Positions 41,467-51,402 of a stretch of 64,000 nt of DNA are shown here, in pieces. Within the stretch, counting starts at the first letter, position 1. Each line of letters begins with the position of its first letter. The notes beneath the pieces are model-generated. The model did not search any database. It saw only the letters and a program-made list of their open reading frames with translations, and was not told where the DNA came from. Source of the DNA: Chloroflexota bacterium (GTDB lineage: Bacteria > Chloroflexota > Anaerolineae > Anaerolineales > UBA11579); the NCBI GenBank assembly GCA_009391835.1, contig QWJF01000006.1:1527-65526 (forward strand), written 5' to 3'. The position numbers and the translations under genes are program-made.

Positions 41467-42632
41467 ACAGGAACCTCATTGAGCTGTTTTTTTAGCAAGG
41501 CTTCATATTCGACGGCCATGCGATCTACGCTGTAATGGGCTTTTGCGTGGGCTTGCCCGGCGCGGCCCAGGCGCTGTCGAAGGGCAGGGTCGGCTACCAG
41601 CCTGAGAATCGCAGCGGCCAAGGCAGCCGAATCGTTCGGCGGGACAAGTAGGCCCGTGTTGCCACCCTCGATCACATCCACCACGCCTTCCACGCGAGTG
41701 GCCAGCACCGGCGTACCGGAGAGCAAGGCTTCCAGCATGGCCAGCGAAAGGCCCTCCCAAAGCGAAGGCTGCACAAAGATATCGGTAGCCAACAACAGTT
41801 GATCCACATCCCGGCGCAGGCCAAGGAACCGTACCTGCTTGGCGATGCCCAATTGGGCAGCCTGGGCCTCCAGCGTGGGACGTTGCGGGCCTTCGCCAGC
41901 GAAGGCAAAGACCACATGGGGAATTTGGGGCGCGACGCGCGCGATAGCCTGCAACAGCACGGTGTGCCCTTTTTGAATGGTGAGGCGCCCGGTGGTTAGC
42001 AGCAAGAGGCCCATTTGGGGCACGTCCAGCTCAGCGCGCAGAGCCGCGTTGTCGGTTGCCTTCAGAGTATTAATTGCCAACGGCTCAATGCCATTTTCGA
42101 TGACAGTTACCCGTTCGGGGCGCACACCTTCGCGTTGCACGGCATAGTCCAACACTTGTTTGGAGACAGCCACCATGTGGGTGGCGATGCCTGAATTCAC
42201 GACCCAGCCGTGCAAGCGGGCCACCCAAGCGGGCGAAGCCTCGATCAGGCCGTGGTGGGTGGCAATCCGAACGGATACACGCGCCAGCCAAGCAATCGGC
42301 AAGCTCAGAAGATTGCTATCGGGGGTAAAGGCCACTACGGCGCGCACCCCGCGCAAGCGGGCAAATAGACGCAGCATGCCAAAAGGCAGGCGAAGCAGGT
42401 TAAAGAGCGGGAAGTCGCCATGTTTCCATGCATTCAGCGAAATCACAGGAAAATCGTTTTGGGCAGACCAATCAGCAGCCAGGCCCTGTTTGTCGTAGAA
42501 AAAGACGGCTTGCACAGAGTACCCGCGTGCATGGAAGGCGCGGGCCAATGAGAGCAGTACGCGCTGAGCGCCCGCCATTTCCATCTGCGTGCCGAGAAAG
42601 AGGATGGGGTTTTTCATTGTGGGGGACGGCAT
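41463..42632 (-). CDS. GT4 family glycosyltransferase
   Basis: AGAQR, IENGI, GRLTIQKGH, PSLWEGLSLAMLEA. Confidence 0.92.
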   Translation of the reverse strand: MPSPTMKNPILFLGTQMEMAGAQRVLLSLARAFHARGYSVQAVFFYDKQGLAADWSAQNDFPVISLNAWKHGDFPLFNLLRLPFGMLRLFARLRGVRAVVAFTPDSNLLSLPIAWLARVSVRIATHHGLIEASPAWVARLHGWVVNSGIATHMVAVSKQVLDYAVQREGVRPERVTVIENGIEPLAINTLKATDNAALRAELDVPQMGLLLLTTGRLTIQKGHTVLLQAIARVAPQIPHVVFAFAGEGPQRPTLEAQAAQLGIAKQVRFLGLRRDVDQLLLATDIFVQPSLWEGLSLAMLEALLSGTPVLATRVEGVVDVIEGGNTGLLVPPNDSAALAAAILRLVADPALRQRLGRAGQAHAKAHYSVDRMAVEYEALLKKQLNEVPV

Positions 42633-42665
42633 AGATTTCTATGGGCGCGGTGAGCCGCGCAGCAA

Positions 42666-42671
42666 ATTATA
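42666..42671 (-). promoter_or_regulatory. Candidate -10 element
   Basis: GCTATAAT on the minus strand, just after the upstream stop in a 44-bp gap. Confidence 0.5.
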
Positions 42672-42676
42672 GCTGC

Positions 42677-43627
42677 TCAGCGTGCCCGGGCCGGATAGCG
42701 AAAGGCGCGCAACCGGGCCGCCAGCCAATGGCGCAAGCTCCGCGGCAGCCAGGAAGCTATCCAGGCGGCCCACACGCCGGCATTCAGCGGCCGATAGCCC
42801 AGGGCAGCCCGTGCGTGCTGGCGTGCCATCCCCATCAGCTCGGGCGCGCCCTCACCGAGCAGATTTTGCGCCAGGTTGGTGTACATATTGGCGTAGGCGC
42901 GGCGGCGCAGGGCTGCTGGAAGATCCGGATCTTCGGCGAAAGCTTTGTCGAGGGCGAAGCGATATCCATCCGCGGCGCCGATCTTAGCGGCGGTGCTAGC
43001 TCCGGAATGGACGCGCATGCGGTTGAGTACTTCAGGGACCACGCCGACAGGGTAGCGGCGGCCCACGCGCCGGTAAAGGTCAATATCTTCGGCCCAGGTC
43101 ATGCGCTCGTCAAAACCGCCCACCTCAAGCACAGCGTCGCGCTTGAGCATGAGGCTGGAGGTGCCCAGCAGCACGGACCATTCTGCCAACATCCAGGGGT
43201 AAATCCAGCCTTGATAGACAATGGTATCGCGCAGGCCAAGATCCTGGCCTTGTTGGTTGAATTTACTGAATTGGGAGTGGACCAAGCCCAAGTCGGGATG
43301 GGCCTCAAAGAGCGCCAACTGCTTTTCGAGCTTGGTGGGCAGAAAAAGGTCGTCCGAATCGAGGAGCGCCACGTAAGAGGCGCGCGCCAACTGAATGCCG
43401 CGGTTGCGGGCCGCGGAAACGCCGCTTTTGTCCTGGTATTCATAGCGGACGCGCCTGGATTTGATATGCGGAGCCAGGCGCTGGCGAGTGTCGTCCGCGG
43501 AACCATCGTCGACTACGATGATCTCGTAATCGGTGATGGTTTGGGCAAAAACACTGGCAAGCGCCTCGAGCAGGAAGGCGGCACGGTTGTGGGTGGGGAT
43601 GATAACGGACACACGCGGGTCGGTCAT
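42677..43627 (-). CDS. GT2 family glycosyltransferase
   Basis: VSVIIPTHNR, VDDGSAD, AARNRG, LDSDD, AED. Confidence 0.93.
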   Translation of the reverse strand: MTDPRVSVIIPTHNRAAFLLEALASVFAQTITDYEIIVVDDGSADDTRQRLAPHIKSRRVRYEYQDKSGVSAARNRGIQLARASYVALLDSDDLFLPTKLEKQLALFEAHPDLGLVHSQFSKFNQQGQDLGLRDTIVYQGWIYPWMLAEWSVLLGTSSLMLKRDAVLEVGGFDERMTWAEDIDLYRRVGRRYPVGVVPEVLNRMRVHSGASTAAKIGAADGYRFALDKAFAEDPDLPAALRRRAYANMYTNLAQNLLGEGAPELMGMARQHARAALGYRPLNAGVWAAWIASWLPRSLRHWLAARLRAFRYPARAR

Positions 43628-43630
43628 TGC

Positions 43631-44581
43631 TCAGAGCTCGCGTTTCAGATAACGGCGCTGGAGCGCATAAAGTCCGTCGAGGATGCCGAGACGGCGCAGC
43701 AGGGCACGCGCTTTGTTGCGCAACCAGCCCAGCAGCCAAAGCGGGCGACGCAGGTGCAGGGTGCGGGCATAGCCGGGAAGGTAGGTCTCTAGGGGCTGCC
43801 ACTCGCCGAAGCTGAGCACCGCATCCAGACGGTAGCGGCGGGCAACTTCCAAATGCTCGGGGCGCACCTTGTCGTAGACGCCGTAGCGCAGTTGAATGGC
43901 GGTGCGATCAATGGCTGAAGGCTGTGCGCCTTCTCGAGTGCTAAGTCCCTGGGCGGCATCCGTAAAATAACCGAGAATGCCCTTTACGCGACCCATGCGC
44001 AGGCCGCGCGAAGCGAGGCGGGCCGAGTAATCAAAATCTGGGCCGACACGCAACTGCTCATCGAAGTAGCCCAACTCGGCACTGAGCCCGGCGCGAAATA
44101 GCCAGAAAGCACCGCCTTGAGGCTGGGCGCGGCGGAAAAAGCGCGGCGAATAGCGCGGGGTGTGGCGGCGCTGGCCGAGATCGTCCCCATAGTGGGCAAC
44201 CAACAAATAATCCCCATAGCAAAGCTGCCAATCTGGGTGGGCTTCGAGAGCCGCAGCTTGGCGCTCAAGTGAATCGGCGAGGCGGCGATCATCCACGTTC
44301 CAGATCGCGAGATAGGGTGCGGTGGCGGCCTGCCAAGCGCGATTCCAGGAGGCGCCCAGCGTTTCCACCGGGCTGACGCGTAAACGCTTTACCTGATTGG
44401 CATACTTGCGCTGGAAGTCGGCAGCCAGCTTTTCTTCTTCGTCCTCGGGATCATTGAGCACCAGAACCAGTTCGCAGACATCAAAAATAGTTTGGGCCTG
44501 AACCTCGTCCAGGAATTGGGGCAGGTATTCGGCGGCGCGATAGAGCGATGTAAGAATGCTGATGCGGGGGGCAAAAGCCAT
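43631..44581 (-). CDS. GT2 family glycosyltransferase
   Basis: ISILTSLY, SWNRA, WNVDD, GYFDE..GPDFD. Start uncertain (44581 or 44608). Confidence 0.85.
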   Translation of the reverse strand: MAFAPRISILTSLYRAAEYLPQFLDEVQAQTIFDVCELVLVLNDPEDEEEKLAADFQRKYANQVKRLRVSPVETLGASWNRAWQAATAPYLAIWNVDDRRLADSLERQAAALEAHPDWQLCYGDYLLVAHYGDDLGQRRHTPRYSPRFFRRAQPQGGAFWLFRAGLSAELGYFDEQLRVGPDFDYSARLASRGLRMGRVKGILGYFTDAAQGLSTREGAQPSAIDRTAIQLRYGVYDKVRPEHLEVARRYRLDAVLSFGEWQPLETYLPGYARTLHLRRPLWLLGWLRNKARALLRRLGILDGLYALQRRYLKREL

Positions 44582-44595
44582 AGTGGAGTTTGGCG

Positions 44596-45789
44596 CTATT
44601 CGCGCCACACGCGCCGGATGGGTTCGAATTCGTCGAGAATGCCAAGGGCACTGCGCACAAAATCGTCCGTGGTCCAGGAGGCGGCGCGCTTGCGGCCGCG
44701 TTGCACAAGGCCGATGCGCAGCATATCGTCGTTGACGAGCTTGCGGATGGCGGCCGCAATGTCTTTGGGTTTATCCGGCGGCACCAAAAGCGCGGCATCG
44801 CCCATCTGCTCTTGCGCGCCGCTCACGTCTGCGGCGATCACTGGGCAACCGAGGGCCATCGCTTCCAGCGGGGGCAAGTTCTCGGGCCCAAAGAAACTCA
44901 CATAGGTGAGGGCCAGGGCATTTTGATAGAGCGCCACCAATTCGTCCTGGCTGACGAAACCAAGGATGTGCACCTGGTCTGCCAGGCCGAGCGCCTGTAC
45001 CTGTTCGCGGATAAATTCCTGATTGCCGAAATCGGAACCCACCAACACCAGGCCCGGGGTGAACTTATCGGCTGCGCGCAACTCTTTGAGTGCCAGCAGC
45101 AGATTGACATGATTCTTGTGGGGCCAGAATTGGGCAGGGTAGAGCAAATAGCTTTCAGGTAAGCCGAGATGGCTGAGCGCGGGAGTCGATTCGGCTTCAC
45201 CGGCGCGCAGGGCAAAGGCCGGCGTGGGGTGCGGAAGGATGTGGATGCGCTCTTCGGGAACGCGATAGAAACGTGCAATTTCCTCTTTGCCAGCCTGTGT
45301 ACCAGCAAGTATGGCGGCGGCGCGCGGCAGAAAGCGGGCCAAGCCACGCTGGCGGATTTCCCATTCGCCCCAACGGCTAACTTCCGGGAACCAGGGCTGC
45401 AGACGATGCTGCAGATCGAGCACAATGGTCATAAAGGGCAGATCCATTGGCTTGGGCCGCGGGCTCAAGAACCAGACAAACTGCACGCCGGCCCTGCGAG
45501 CGATGAGCTCCAACCCACTGCTCCATTTTCGGGATTTACGCCAATTGGGCCAGTTGCGAGCGGTAAAGGCCCAGACCTTTTCAATCAGCCCCGGCTTGCG
45601 ATAGGCCAGCACTGCGAGGTCGGTGCCGGAAATGCGTTCGCCGAGTTCATTCGGATGGGATGTAATGAGGACAAATTCGTGCTGGCTCTCCAGGGTGAGC
45701 CTGATCAGGCTATCCAGCACCTCATTTTGAAAGGTGTGTGCGCCCCCGTCTTCGGGATTGTATTCGTCGAGGAAAATACCGACTTTCAT
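44596..45789 (-). CDS. GT4 family glycosyltransferase (MtfB/WbpX-like)
   Basis: DLQH..PWF, LYPAQFWPHKNH, LPPLEAMALGCPV. Confidence 0.9.
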   Translation of the reverse strand: MKVGIFLDEYNPEDGGAHTFQNEVLDSLIRLTLESQHEFVLITSHPNELGERISGTDLAVLAYRKPGLIEKVWAFTARNWPNWRKSRKWSSGLELIARRAGVQFVWFLSPRPKPMDLPFMTIVLDLQHRLQPWFPEVSRWGEWEIRQRGLARFLPRAAAILAGTQAGKEEIARFYRVPEERIHILPHPTPAFALRAGEAESTPALSHLGLPESYLLYPAQFWPHKNHVNLLLALKELRAADKFTPGLVLVGSDFGNQEFIREQVQALGLADQVHILGFVSQDELVALYQNALALTYVSFFGPENLPPLEAMALGCPVIAADVSGAQEQMGDAALLVPPDKPKDIAAAIRKLVNDDMLRIGLVQRGRKRAASWTTDDFVRSALGILDEFEPIRRVWRE

Positions 45790-45804
45790 TGCGAATTCAC
45801 AGGT

Positions 45805-46572
45805 TCAGGCACGCTGAGCCACAGCCAATACGTGCCAAGTTTGATCGTTTAACTCTTGATCCCAAGTGTACCCATTTAGCCAGTCCAGCGCCCTGAAATC
45901 GGCAGCACGAAGGAAGGCGTCCATTTCGGAAACCGTAAAAAAGCGGTTTACCTGCGTTTCCGTAAGCGTGGCATACGTGTGGTCATCGCGCAACTCGAAG
46001 ATTTGGTAGTTGACCTCTGCCAAATTGCCCTGATCCAGGAGCTGCGTGGTGGCAATGCGCAGTAATTCGCCGTTTGGCATCGGCCAGCGGCGTACCCGCA
46101 AGGGGTCATAGTGGGAAAGCATGGCAGGCGCATGCCAGAATTCAAAGATAATAAGGCCATCGGGACGCAAATGGCGATGAACGCCACTGAGCACGCTGGC
46201 TATCGCCGCATCAGTTTGCACGTAGCCGATGGAATCGAAGAGGCAGATAGCGGCGTCGAAGCTTGGTGACTCGAGCTCCAGGGTGCGCATATCGGCCAGT
46301 TGGAAGTCGACAGAGGAAGCGCGCTGCGCCGCCTTTTTGCGGGCGACATCCAAGAGATCTAGTGAATAATCCGTAGCGAGAACAGAATAACCGAGTTGCT
46401 CCAGCTGGAAGGCATGATTGCCCGAACCGCAGGCCAATTCTAGCAATCGCTGGGTCTCTCCGTGGCCATAGCGCTTGATGCAGGCTTGCACAAAGGCCGC
46501 TTCCTGGGCGTAGGGTTTTTCCTTGTAGATGATGTCGTAATATTCGGCATGCTTGCCGAGGTAGGAAGTCAT
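45805..46572 (-). CDS. Class I SAM methyltransferase, TylM1/DesVI-like (candidate amino-sugar N-methyltransferase)
   Basis: AEYYDIIYKEKPYAQEA, LELACGSGNH, ADMR, FDAAICLFDSIGY, HLRPDG. ATG overlaps the aminotransferase stop. Confidence 0.8.
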   Translation of the reverse strand: MTSYLGKHAEYYDIIYKEKPYAQEAAFVQACIKRYGHGETQRLLELACGSGNHAFQLEQLGYSVLATDYSLDLLDVARKKAAQRASSVDFQLADMRTLELESPSFDAAICLFDSIGYVQTDAAIASVLSGVHRHLRPDGLIIFEFWHAPAMLSHYDPLRVRRWPMPNGELLRIATTQLLDQGNLAEVNYQIFELRDDHTYATLTETQVNRFFTVSEMDAFLRAADFRALDWLNGYTWDQELNDQTWHVLAVAQRA

Positions 46573-47693
46573 GCGGCTGCTTTCCAAGCCCCCGGAGCAC
46601 GGCGGATCGCGTCGCAAATGTGGGCGATGGTGTTCTCGTCCAAGGTCCAGGTGGAGGGCAGATACAGGCCGGTTTCCCACAAGCGGTCGGCAACCGGAGC
46701 CAGTACGGCTTTATAGCCAGGTTGAGCTTCGAGCACGGGTTGCTGGTTCATGGGGCAAAAAAATGTGCGGGTTTGGATGCCTTCAGCCTCCAGTGCAGCA
46801 GTCAATGCATCGCGGCTGAGGCCAAACTCGGGATGCACAACAAGGCCAACCATCCAATAGATGTTGCGGGCCCAATCCAGCTCCACCGGGAGTTGCAAAC
46901 CCGGAATATCCTTCAGGTTCTTTATGTAGGCATGGGCCACGCGACGCTTGTTCTCGATGATGCGTTCGATTTTGTGAAATTGCGAAAGACCCAGGGCCGC
47001 CACGTAGGCTGGCATACGGTAATTAAAGCCCGCTATTTCGTGGCGGAAACGCGGCTCAGTGAAGGCCAGGTTGCGTAGCAAGCGCAGGCGCTCCGCAAGG
47101 GCCTCGTCGTTGGTGGTCACCATGCCGCCCTCGCCGGTGGTGATGACCTTGTTAGCGTAAAAACTGAAGCAAGCCATGTGGCCAAAGGAGCCGGTCATGC
47201 GGCCGCGCACTGTGGCACCATGCGATTCGGCGCAATCCTCAATGACCAACAAGCCATGCTCGTCGGCGATCCTCATTAATTCATCCATATCCACAGGGTG
47301 GCCATACAGATGTACCGGGATAATCGCCTTGGTGCGCGGCGTGATGAGCTCTTCAAGCAGTTCAAGGTCCAGATTCCAGGTGTGGGGTTCCGAATCAACG
47401 GGAACGGGCAGGGCACCATTGTGCAGCGCGGCCAACGCGGTGGCTATGTTGGTGCTGGCGCTGACCAGCACCTCGTCCCCCTCACCAATGTCAGCCGCAG
47501 CGACTGCCAACTGGAGCGCCGAAGTGCCGCTGTTGACTGCCACGGCGTATTTACAGCCTACATAAGCGGCAAATTCATTTTCAAAATCTGTGATGCTCTG
47601 CCCAAAAGTTCCGGATACCTCACCGTTGCGCAGAGCGTTGGCAACGGCCTCAATATCATCTTCTTCGATAACCGGCTCGAAAACAGGGATCAT
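46569..47693 (-). CDS. DegT/DnrJ/EryC1/StrS aminotransferase, GDP-perosamine-synthase-like
   Basis: NSGTSAL, VHLYGHP, IEDCAESHG, FSFYANKVITTGEGG (PLP Lys), GFNYRM, GLYLPS. Confidence 0.9.
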   Translation of the reverse strand: MIPVFEPVIEEDDIEAVANALRNGEVSGTFGQSITDFENEFAAYVGCKYAVAVNSGTSALQLAVAAADIGEGDEVLVSASTNIATALAALHNGALPVPVDSEPHTWNLDLELLEELITPRTKAIIPVHLYGHPVDMDELMRIADEHGLLVIEDCAESHGATVRGRMTGSFGHMACFSFYANKVITTGEGGMVTTNDEALAERLRLLRNLAFTEPRFRHEIAGFNYRMPAYVAALGLSQFHKIERIIENKRRVAHAYIKNLKDIPGLQLPVELDWARNIYWMVGLVVHPEFGLSRDALTAALEAEGIQTRTFFCPMNQQPVLEAQPGYKAVLAPVADRLWETGLYLPSTWTLDENTIAHICDAIRRAPGAWKAAA

Positions 47694-48103
47694 TTTTTAA
47701 CATCCACGAAAACTTTGTCTTCAGCTTCACCAAGAAAAGGGCCCTGCTTCACACTGATGCACTGCATATCTTCGATCACACGGATGGCGTGTACGCCGTG
47801 AATCAGCACAATGGCATCCCCAGCGCGCATTTCAATCTCGCGCAACAGGTCGCCCTCATCGCTGTATAGCTCCACAGCCAAGACGCCGCGCTGAACTACA
47901 AACATCTGTTGCAAGTCATCAATGCTGCGTTCAATCGGCTTGTGAAAGTGGGGAGGCTCCTTGAAACCAGCTTCATGGGCCAATAATCCGAACTGAAAAG
48001 AGGATTCAGCAGGAGAGTAGAAGGTGGTCTTATCCACTTTCGTGTTGGCCCAGATGATCTCGGCGTATTTTACGCCGCCATATTCAACGGTTTCAACTGT
48101 CAT
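47690..48103 (-). CDS. Cupin-fold protein (WbuC-like)
   Basis: PHFH, GDAIVLIHGVHA, VKQGPF. Start set to ATG 48103. Confidence 0.75.
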   Translation of the reverse strand: MTVETVEYGGVKYAEIIWANTKVDKTTFYSPAESSFQFGLLAHEAGFKEPPHFHKPIERSIDDLQQMFVVQRGVLAVELYSDEGDLLREIEMRAGDAIVLIHGVHAIRVIEDMQCISVKQGPFLGEAEDKVFVDVKK

Positions 48104-48121
48104 AACAAACCTCGAAGCCCG

Positions 48122-48127
48122 ATTATA
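48122..48127 (-). promoter_or_regulatory. Candidate -10 element
   Basis: CACTATAAT on the minus strand, 18 nt before ATG 48103. Confidence 0.5.
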
Positions 48128-48143
48128 GTGCCTGGGTGTGGCA

Positions 48144-49172
48144 TTAGGCCGTGCGGCGGGCACGGGCCTTACGCCGCAGGCGCCACCAACTGCGCACTCG
48201 CCAATAAGGGGGCATCAGGATGCGGAGCAGCCGTGTCGCCAAGAGGTAAAGCGGGGAGGCCAACAAACGCTGAATGTCGGTTTCGTCTCGCTGAGGCTCG
48301 GTTACGCGTCCCGATTCTAGATCCGCGCGCAATTCCAGAATGGCTTGCGGGTGCTGCCCTCGATAACGCTCCAACCACTGTAGGATGGGCCAACCCTGCT
48401 CACCCAGAAAGAGCGGCCGTTTGAGCGCCTGATAGCTCTCGTGAAACCATTGCTCATTGCGTCGAAATGTGTCGCTCCAGGCCACGTTGCTGTAGTAGCC
48501 AACCTTCTGGCGGGCCTGCTTGGGAAACACGTAGGAGTAGTGATACATAAAGATGCCGCGGCGGCGCAGCTCTTTGCCGGAAAGCCAGGCTGATTCGTAC
48601 CGATCACGGCCCCGCTCGTCCAATACAGTGGGCGGGCGATGGGTGGTATAGGTGTGTCCGGGCCCCCAACGGAAGATGCGGCGCACCTCGGTAAATTCCT
48701 GCAAATACCATTTGCCCGTCGTAATCGCATCAAAGCTGCCCCAGAATTCATGGAAGGGGAATGAGATACCGCCCAATTCGGGACGCTCAGCGAGTAACTG
48801 GAGGACAGTCTGTTTGTCTGCATCGAGGTAAAACTCATCGCTATCCACCTGCCAGAGCCAATCGCCCGTAGCGCGCCGCGCATAAGCCTGGGACATTTCG
48901 TCTTTCTCAGGCCAGAAGCCATCCGTGTAACCTTCGTCCTTTGCAGCCACAAGAAGCACTTTGTTCTCGGGATCATGCTGCTTTTGAAACTCCTGGATCA
49001 CAGTAAGCGTATCGTCTTTGGAGTGGCCGTCCGGCTTTGCCAGGCTGGCCGCGGCGCGCGCGGCCCCCTCGACAACAATAATCTGGTGCGCGAAGGGGTA
49101 GAGAGCCTTCAGGTTGTATTCCAGAAAGGGTTGGGCGTTAAGCGCAATGATACCGAAGGTTACACGGGTCAT
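48144..49172 (-). CDS. GT2-like glycosyltransferase
   Basis: IIVVEGA, SKDDT, WQVDSDEFY, HYSY. Confidence 0.8.
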   Translation of the reverse strand: MTRVTFGIIALNAQPFLEYNLKALYPFAHQIIVVEGAARAAASLAKPDGHSKDDTLTVIQEFQKQHDPENKVLLVAAKDEGYTDGFWPEKDEMSQAYARRATGDWLWQVDSDEFYLDADKQTVLQLLAERPELGGISFPFHEFWGSFDAITTGKWYLQEFTEVRRIFRWGPGHTYTTHRPPTVLDERGRDRYESAWLSGKELRRRGIFMYHYSYVFPKQARQKVGYYSNVAWSDTFRRNEQWFHESYQALKRPLFLGEQGWPILQWLERYRGQHPQAILELRADLESGRVTEPQRDETDIQRLLASPLYLLATRLLRILMPPYWRVRSWWRLRRKARARRTA

Positions 49173-50374
49173 AGACTGTTAATTAGCTGTGCGTAGGCTT
49201 GAGTAATTTTCTCGGGATCGAACTTTTTTCGAGTAAACGTGAGCGTATTTTTGCGGAGCTTTGAAAGTTTTTTGGGGTCAAGCAAAACCGTCGCGTGTAG
49301 CACAAGCTGATCTGCATCGCCGAGTTTGACAAGCTCACCATTTTGGCCGGAGACAATGATATCGGGGTTGCCACCCGTGTCAAAGGCCAACATTGGCACG
49401 CCAAGCCATAAAGCTTCAAGCAAAGCCATGCTGAAATTTTCCATCAACGAGGGGGAGATGCCAAATGAGCAAGCCCTTACAATGGCCAAATGCTCTTTGT
49501 AGGGAATTTGGCCGGGTATATGGAGGGGAATTTTCCGCGACAGGGCTTTGAATTGAGCCGCGTAGCGCGGCTCAAGATAGCCTGGGACATAGAAGCCAAT
49601 CGGTTGTTTTGCCAAATCGGCTAACCGCCAAATAATCTGCAGTGCATAGTCAGCACCTTTCAAGTAGCTGCCCGCCGAAGGCAAGTAGAGCAAAGGCGAG
49701 GCAGCATCAAGACCCAACTCGGCGCGCAAATCCTTTGCGGGGATATCCGCCAGTGCCTCCTTCTCGATGAGGTTGGGCAACAATTCCACGCGTCCTGAGA
49801 ATTGATAGCTGCGCTCAAACCAGGCACGCATATAGTGCGAGGGACAAACCACCGCATCGACTTTGTCAACCACTTTCTGCTCAAGGCGCAGTGCAAGATG
49901 CCCGTCAAGAGTCGAATAATCAGGGGGGGCAGGTGGTTTCAGGAAGCGCTCCGGATTGTGATGCGACATCAGGATCAGGTTGCGATCCGCTTTTTTAGCG
50001 ATCGCCAAGCCGGGCGCACCGTGGTCGGAGAGGATCACGGTTTGGGGATTGAACGCGTCGATGGCGCGGGCCATGCGACGGGCGCCAGCATAGGAAGCCA
50101 GGATATCCAGCGTTTGGTAGGCGCGCTTGCCGGGCTGAATCAGGCTGAAGACCAGTTTATTTACCCAGGTAAGCAGCTTGCGCAGCCAAGTGGGAGCCCC
50201 GCGGCGCACAATCATCTCTCCATCGGCAGCATGCTCATCACCAAAGGTAAAAAGGTTGGCTTCAAAGCCGTGACGGCGCAGGGCAAGCATGAGGTTATAT
50301 TGCGCGCTGGCCACCCCACCAGCGCTATAGGGCGGCGCGGAATAAGCCACGATGGCGACGCGCTGATTTACCAT
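49169..50374 (-). CDS. GT4 family glycosyltransferase
   Basis: AGGV, KGAD, PSLMENFSMALLEA..FDTGG. Confidence 0.88.
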   Translation of the reverse strand: MVNQRVAIVAYSAPPYSAGGVASAQYNLMLALRRHGFEANLFTFGDEHAADGEMIVRRGAPTWLRKLLTWVNKLVFSLIQPGKRAYQTLDILASYAGARRMARAIDAFNPQTVILSDHGAPGLAIAKKADRNLILMSHHNPERFLKPPAPPDYSTLDGHLALRLEQKVVDKVDAVVCPSHYMRAWFERSYQFSGRVELLPNLIEKEALADIPAKDLRAELGLDAASPLLYLPSAGSYLKGADYALQIIWRLADLAKQPIGFYVPGYLEPRYAAQFKALSRKIPLHIPGQIPYKEHLAIVRACSFGISPSLMENFSMALLEALWLGVPMLAFDTGGNPDIIVSGQNGELVKLGDADQLVLHATVLLDPKKLSKLRKNTLTFTRKKFDPEKITQAYAQLINSL

Positions 50375-51402
50375 CACGAGCGCAGCCCCCACTCACGCGC
50401 CAGCGCTTTGAGCCAGAATTGAGTGCGTTCCAGTGGGCTGCGACCTGCGGCGCGTGCCAATTCAGAACTGGAATATCGCCTCCAGCTTGCCATGCCGCTT
50501 GAAAGATTGACACGGCAGGCCGCCCACCAGCGTGCTTCGAGCGTTTTGGCGAAAGGCAGTGAGGCATAGCGTGCGCTCTTGCGGTTGGCATCAGCCAATT
50601 TGAGCAACCAGGCTTCAACCTGGTCAAGATGCTCTAGGCTGGTCTCGAATTGCCAACGGCTGATGGCGTTATGGCGTTTAAGTTCTGACGCGGTGGGTTT
50701 GAGGCCCAGATCGCGTAGCAATCCGGCGCGCATCTGATCGGCCATCACCTGCTGTTCGGCTGAGTGGAGAGCGCCGACCTGCCCGACATGAACACGGTAG
50801 CGCAGCAAGACCTTACCGAGATTGGCGAAACGCAGATGAGGCGCAGCGCGCACCCACAATTCGTAATCCTGGGCGCGCGCAATTTTTGGGTCGTAGCGCA
50901 GGTTGTGGCGCTCAAAGCTGGAGCGGCGCAGCATGGCCGAGCTATGCACGATCACAGAAGCAAACAGCATCTCGGCGCGAATCTCTGCGTCCGTTCGTGG
51001 ATAGCGCCAGGTTTGCTCGGTCTGCAGGCCGATAGTGCGCGTCCAGGTGCCGCACACATCAATTTCCGGGTGTGCATCCATGTATGCGACCTGCTCGGCA
51101 AGGCGCGCGGGCAAACTGAGATCGTCGTGATCCATGCGCGCCACGTAGTCGCCACGGGCGACATCCAGGCCGAGGTTTAGGGATCGGCTGAGGCCTAGGT
51201 TCTCCTTGTTGGTCAGGATGCGGATGCGGGCATCCGTCAGAGACGCTAAATAGGTGGCACTGCCATCTGTGCTGGCATCATCCGCAACGAGAAACTCTAA
51301 GTCCCCAAAAGACTGCTCCAGGATACTGTCCACCGCTTTTGGCAGATATGGCATGCCATTGTAGACAGCCATGAGCACAGTAACTTTAGGCACCCGTGGC
51401 AC
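50374..51402 (-). CDS. GT2 family glycosyltransferase
   Basis: VLMAVYNG, DDASTD, NLGL, ARMDHDD, AQDY. Confidence 0.93.
   Translation of the reverse strand: MPRVPKVTVLMAVYNGMPYLPKAVDSILEQSFGDLEFLVADDASTDGSATYLASLTDARIRILTNKENLGLSRSLNLGLDVARGDYVARMDHDDLSLPARLAEQVAYMDAHPEIDVCGTWTRTIGLQTEQTWRYPRTDAEIRAEMLFASVIVHSSAMLRRSSFERHNLRYDPKIARAQDYELWVRAAPHLRFANLGKVLLRYRVHVGQVGALHSAEQQVMADQMRAGLLRDLGLKPTASELKRHNAISRWQFETSLEHLDQVEAWLLKLADANRKSARYASLPFAKTLEARWWAACRVNLSSGMASWRRYSSSELARAAGRSPLERTQFWLKALAREWGLRS

Noticed and set aside
42641-43792. Long plus-strand ORFs opposite real genes (also 25243-26268, 29058-30194, 60945-61883, 61757-62857, 9192-10073)
   Set aside because: These are typical antisense open frames of GC-rich coding DNA, with no motifs.
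49923-49929. Homopolymer tracts (G7 here, T-runs near 394 and 53384) as phase-variation sites
   Set aside because: The tracts are short and the frames are intact, so they are expected by chance.
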